This document shows, piece by piece, positions 61,107 through 64,000 of a stretch of DNA of 64,000 nucleotides (positions are counted from its first letter, which is position 1; each line of letters starts with the position of its first letter). The notes under the pieces are model-generated. The model was given only the letters and a program-made list of their open reading frames with translations, was not told the origin of the DNA and searched no databases. The DNA lies in the IMG/VR virus record IMGVR_UViG_3300023278_002893, positions 1 to 64,000 of that record; one strand, given 5' to 3'. The translations under genes and the position numbers were made by a program.

Positions 61107-62111
61107 CTACTCCAGTTCTAATTGCTGAACTAAACTATTCCAGGCTTTACGGACGCCCGCCGTCCTGTGATCTCTAAAATGATCCTGAAACGCATCATAT
61201 ACCTGTACGTAAAACCCCTCATCGAACCACAACCTCTCGTAGATGTCATATATCTCTTCGGCGGTGGCTTCCTTTGCGTGGGGAATCAACCCCACCGTGT
61301 CCATATGGACAAAGTTTGTTGGGGTAACCGGCACAGAGTGAGTAAAAATCGCCTCATTTACGGAAGAAGTTAGACCCCCAGCATGGGTGTTCAGCTTACA
61401 TCGAGAAAGTAATTTTACCACCTCAGTCCAGGGTAATATTTCCAAACGATCTACATTCTTGAGCTGTCCGATCAATTCCTCTATCTGCCAGCTATGATCC
61501 TTCCTTGCGCTTCTAATCAGAGAGTCCAGTACAAAGGTTACTTTGAAGTCAGCTTTCTGATTTAGCTTTACTAAGGCCTTCAGTGTGTTAATACCATTGT
61601 ATACAAAATGAGGGTTGCAATCCACACCGAATTCGGGATTGAAGTTTCCCTTGTTAGTCCAGGAGATTTCTGTACGATTGAATCCGCTTTCCATGGGAGG
61701 GAGCCAGGAGTCTAGATAGGGTATGGGCATAAACGCCGGGATGTGCTTGTACCCCCCAGAAGAAGCCATAGTAAGACTCTTCAAGTAATCTACTCGATAA
61801 GGACTACCATAAATAAAATCACCCGCCTGGTAACAATCACTAGACTGCACAACATCCGCACCCAGTGAGGTAGTACTAAAACTGGTGTGAATATGCTTAC
61901 GCGCTTTGACATTATCACAGCGCTCCATCATACAATCGATGGCCAAGTCGAATCTCTCATCAACCCCTACACCATGAGGATCAAAGAAATAAACCTCGTG
62001 ACCCTCTCCTGCTAAAAACTGAGCCCAATTCACGGCAAAACGCACCTCCAAACCCCCATAGGCATTTATATGGTGCTGCTCAGGCCCATAACTACAAACG
62101 GCTATCTTCAT
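61107..62111 (-). CDS. GT-B-fold-like protein, paralog of 57892..58893
   Basis: MKIAV...GGLEVR....AQFLAGEGHEV. Confidence 0.55.
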   Translation of the reverse strand: MKIAVCSYGPEQHHINAYGGLEVRFAVNWAQFLAGEGHEVYFFDPHGVGVDERFDLAIDCMMERCDNVKARKHIHTSFSTTSLGADVVQSSDCYQAGDFIYGSPYRVDYLKSLTMASSGGYKHIPAFMPIPYLDSWLPPMESGFNRTEISWTNKGNFNPEFGVDCNPHFVYNGINTLKALVKLNQKADFKVTFVLDSLIRSARKDHSWQIEELIGQLKNVDRLEILPWTEVVKLLSRCKLNTHAGGLTSSVNEAIFTHSVPVTPTNFVHMDTVGLIPHAKEATAEEIYDIYERLWFDEGFYVQVYDAFQDHFRDHRTAGVRKAWNSLVQQLELE

Positions 62112-62827
62112 ACTAATAAATCCTCATCTAATCCGGTTATCAAATTTTGCGTTTTCTTCAGTACCGTCAACCCGTGCACACTTGCCTCTGGCCCAAACCC
62201 TCTGGTGCCGTGATGAGTAGTAAATCCTTTACCTTGTCGGGTAGACACGATCTCATTCAGCAGATCGGCACCGATAGCGGCGGGGGCGGTATCTTCAATT
62301 ATGTAAAACCCACCATCTTTCACAAACGGCCAAAAATCTTCAAAACTAAACTGGCAAGCATCCGCATCGTGGTTACCATCATCTATAACGATATCGAAAG
62401 GCCCGTGCTTCTTCGCAATAGCTTTCATAGCAGGTCGATCCCTCTGATCTGCTATTTCATAGATAACTTTGGAAAGGGCTGCTGGATCAAAATCGGACTG
62501 TCCTTCATATCTATTATGATCTACACCAATAATCTTGGTGTCTGAATGGGTAAAAAAGTCTTGGAAATATTCCATGGACGCACCATAATATACCCCAAGT
62601 TCTAAAACTTTAATAGGTTCGTGTTTGAACGGATCAAACAGCACTTCGTATACATCTATAATAGAAGCATCCCATTTACTTGTCGAATATTTGAAGTAAG
62701 GTCGCGTGACATAATGGCCCTTATCAAACCTAACCCAACGCGTACTGTAAGGCACGTCTGGATTATCTTTATGTGGATGTGGTGAGTCGGGAGGCATTCG
62801 TCCCCACTCTTTAAAATCAACACTCAT
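62108..62827 (-). CDS. class I SAM methyltransferase (sugar O-methyltransferase-like)
   Basis: VLELGVYYGAS, IIGVD, PFDIVIDDG.H, GGFYIIED. Confidence 0.88.
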   Translation of the reverse strand: MSVDFKEWGRMPPDSPHPHKDNPDVPYSTRWVRFDKGHYVTRPYFKYSTSKWDASIIDVYEVLFDPFKHEPIKVLELGVYYGASMEYFQDFFTHSDTKIIGVDHNRYEGQSDFDPAALSKVIYEIADQRDRPAMKAIAKKHGPFDIVIDDGNHDADACQFSFEDFWPFVKDGGFYIIEDTAPAAIGADLLNEIVSTRQGKGFTTHHGTRGFGPEASVHGLTVLKKTQNLITGLDEDLLV

Positions 62828-62846
62828 GGTGTAATAACCCCCTTCA

Positions 62847-63542
62847 TTATGATAAAATAACCTGGCCGAGCGTACCTCTAGCTCTTAGCATTTGGGAAGC
62901 ACACGCGTGAGAGTCGCACGGATAGCGCACTACCTCCACTCCAGGGCACGAGGCTATATGATTTGCATGATTCAAATCCTGCTGGCAGTCCTCCCCGATG
63001 TGAACTTTATACACTGTCTTCCCATTATAGTCCTTTATGACCTCCTTCAGATCACGAAAATCATTTTCAGGTGCTATGGTTGCGGTGTGCAGCTGTTTAC
63101 ATTTGTAAATTGTGGGATCATCGTGCTCTCTCCCCCAGTCTTCGTACAAAATAACCTGGGGACCAAAAGCATGCACGGAATCGACCTTCAACCAGTGCCC
63201 AAATAGTATTGACCCGTAGCCTCCTGCAGAAACCCCCACACAAGTTATACGCGAAGGGCGCATCGTGGTGATTAACTCTCTTAGGCACGCAAGAAGGTCG
63301 TGTGCATTAAGAATATTAGCATCTATCCCTAAATGATAATACGCCATATAGGGATCCCGTATAAAGATCTTTGAATGTGCGGACCCACTAGTAGCCTTAA
63401 CGAATTCAAAGTTTGCCAACTCATTTAACCCACGGGCATGTCCGGTAAATGCTATAACCAAAGGCGCCCCCACACTAGTCTCCCACATTATATGGGGGGT
63501 AACTAGTGCCTCTGTGTCTACCAAGGTATTACCTACCATCAT
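62847..63542 (-). CDS. alpha/beta-hydrolase-fold protein
   Basis: CVGVSAGGY (GxSxG nucleophile elbow). Confidence 0.75.
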   Translation of the reverse strand: MMVGNTLVDTEALVTPHIMWETSVGAPLVIAFTGHARGLNELANFEFVKATSGSAHSKIFIRDPYMAYYHLGIDANILNAHDLLACLRELITTMRPSRITCVGVSAGGYGSILFGHWLKVDSVHAFGPQVILYEDWGREHDDPTIYKCKQLHTATIAPENDFRDLKEVIKDYNGKTVYKVHIGEDCQQDLNHANHIASCPGVEVVRYPCDSHACASQMLRARGTLGQVILS

Positions 63543-64000
63543 ACCAATCCTTTACCGCCTGTTTTCAAAAACACCGAGGCCGCCCACTTCATCGGGAGAG
63601 ACGGATTATTGGGATCCATCATCTCCTTACCGGTGTAGGGATTTAATCCGTAACTATAAAAGTCAAGGATATCTCCACCGGCCCAAGACCCCATGGTGTT
63701 GTAAGCGTCCATATGGCCGGGGCTGTCTGTGTTATCCATAAAGATCGCATACTTAGCTTTGGCGTAACACTCCTCCATACACTCTCTACGAAAGTGTCCG
63801 TCTACGAAAACGAGATCAAATTGACCCTCATATTCATGAATCAGTTTGGAGTAGCCTGCAATGTCAAATTTTCCACCAATGTCTGCTTTCAGCACGTACT
63901 CTACGTTTTTAATGTCGTGTTCTGCCAACTCTCTAGCACATGCTTCGTAACAATGCGGCATTCTATCGACTGCCACCACTTCTCCCGCATTCTTCCCGAA
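63539..64000 (-). CDS. SAM methyltransferase, 5' end outside the window
   Basis: Frame is open to the window edge (FGKNAGEVVAVD); FDLVFVDGH.R..C. Confidence 0.75.
   Translation of the reverse strand, partial: FGKNAGEVVAVDRMPHCYEACARELAEHDIKNVEYVLKADIGGKFDIAGYSKLIHEYEGQFDLVFVDGHFRRECMEECYAKAKYAIFMDNTDSPGHMDAYNTMGSWAGGDILDFYSYGLNPYTGKEMMDPNNPSLPMKWAASVFLKTGGKGLV

Noticed and set aside
1-64000. Stop-codon reassignment (UGA or UAG), suggested by the UCA-readable tRNA
   Set aside because: Long conserved genes are uninterrupted under code 11, and TGA, TAG and TAA all end recognisable proteins at the expected places, often as ATGA overlaps
1-64000. CRISPR array, rRNA, integrase/att sites, IS elements
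   Set aside because: No regularly spaced repeats, rRNA signatures, recombinase or transposase motifs were found by eye

Overview
A 64-kb segment of a large (probably jumbo) dsDNA phage or phage-like element, read with the standard genetic code. No rRNA, CRISPR array, integrase or virion structural gene was recognised. Positions 1-51.4 kb are all on the + strand. (i) About 1-23 kb is a tRNA-rich accessory region with 14 tRNA genes, several of them non-canonical, interleaved with small hypothetical ORFs. It also holds an RNA ligase, two HNH endonucleases, a cold-shock protein, a PEP-CTERM surface protein and a Prs-like + Nampt-like (NARP1-type NAD+ reconstitution) pair. (ii) About 21-50 kb is a core block with a single-chain beta-beta' two-barrel RNA polymerase (1054 aa), SSB, an SF2 helicase, RuvB, a sigma-70-type factor, a CCA-adding enzyme, IscA, an AEP-like protein and a delta-like HARE-HTH protein. 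It also has an expanded amide-ligase system: four COOH-NH2-ligase type 2 paralogs, an amidoligase, two class II and one class I glutamine amidotransferases, two ATP-grasp proteins and a GNAT. (iii) 46.8-48.6 kb is about 1.8 kb with no credible ORF and many + strand helices. It contains a complete tRNA-like cloverleaf whose anticodon loop is replaced by a 248-nt structured insert. After a bidirectional terminator at about 51.45 kb the genes switch to the - strand: a Holliday-junction-resolvase-like nuclease, dCMP deaminase, a LamG protein, a B12-dependent radical SAM enzyme, and a methyltransferase/glycosyltransferase cluster that runs off the end of the window. All family calls come from motifs read by eye; no database search was run.
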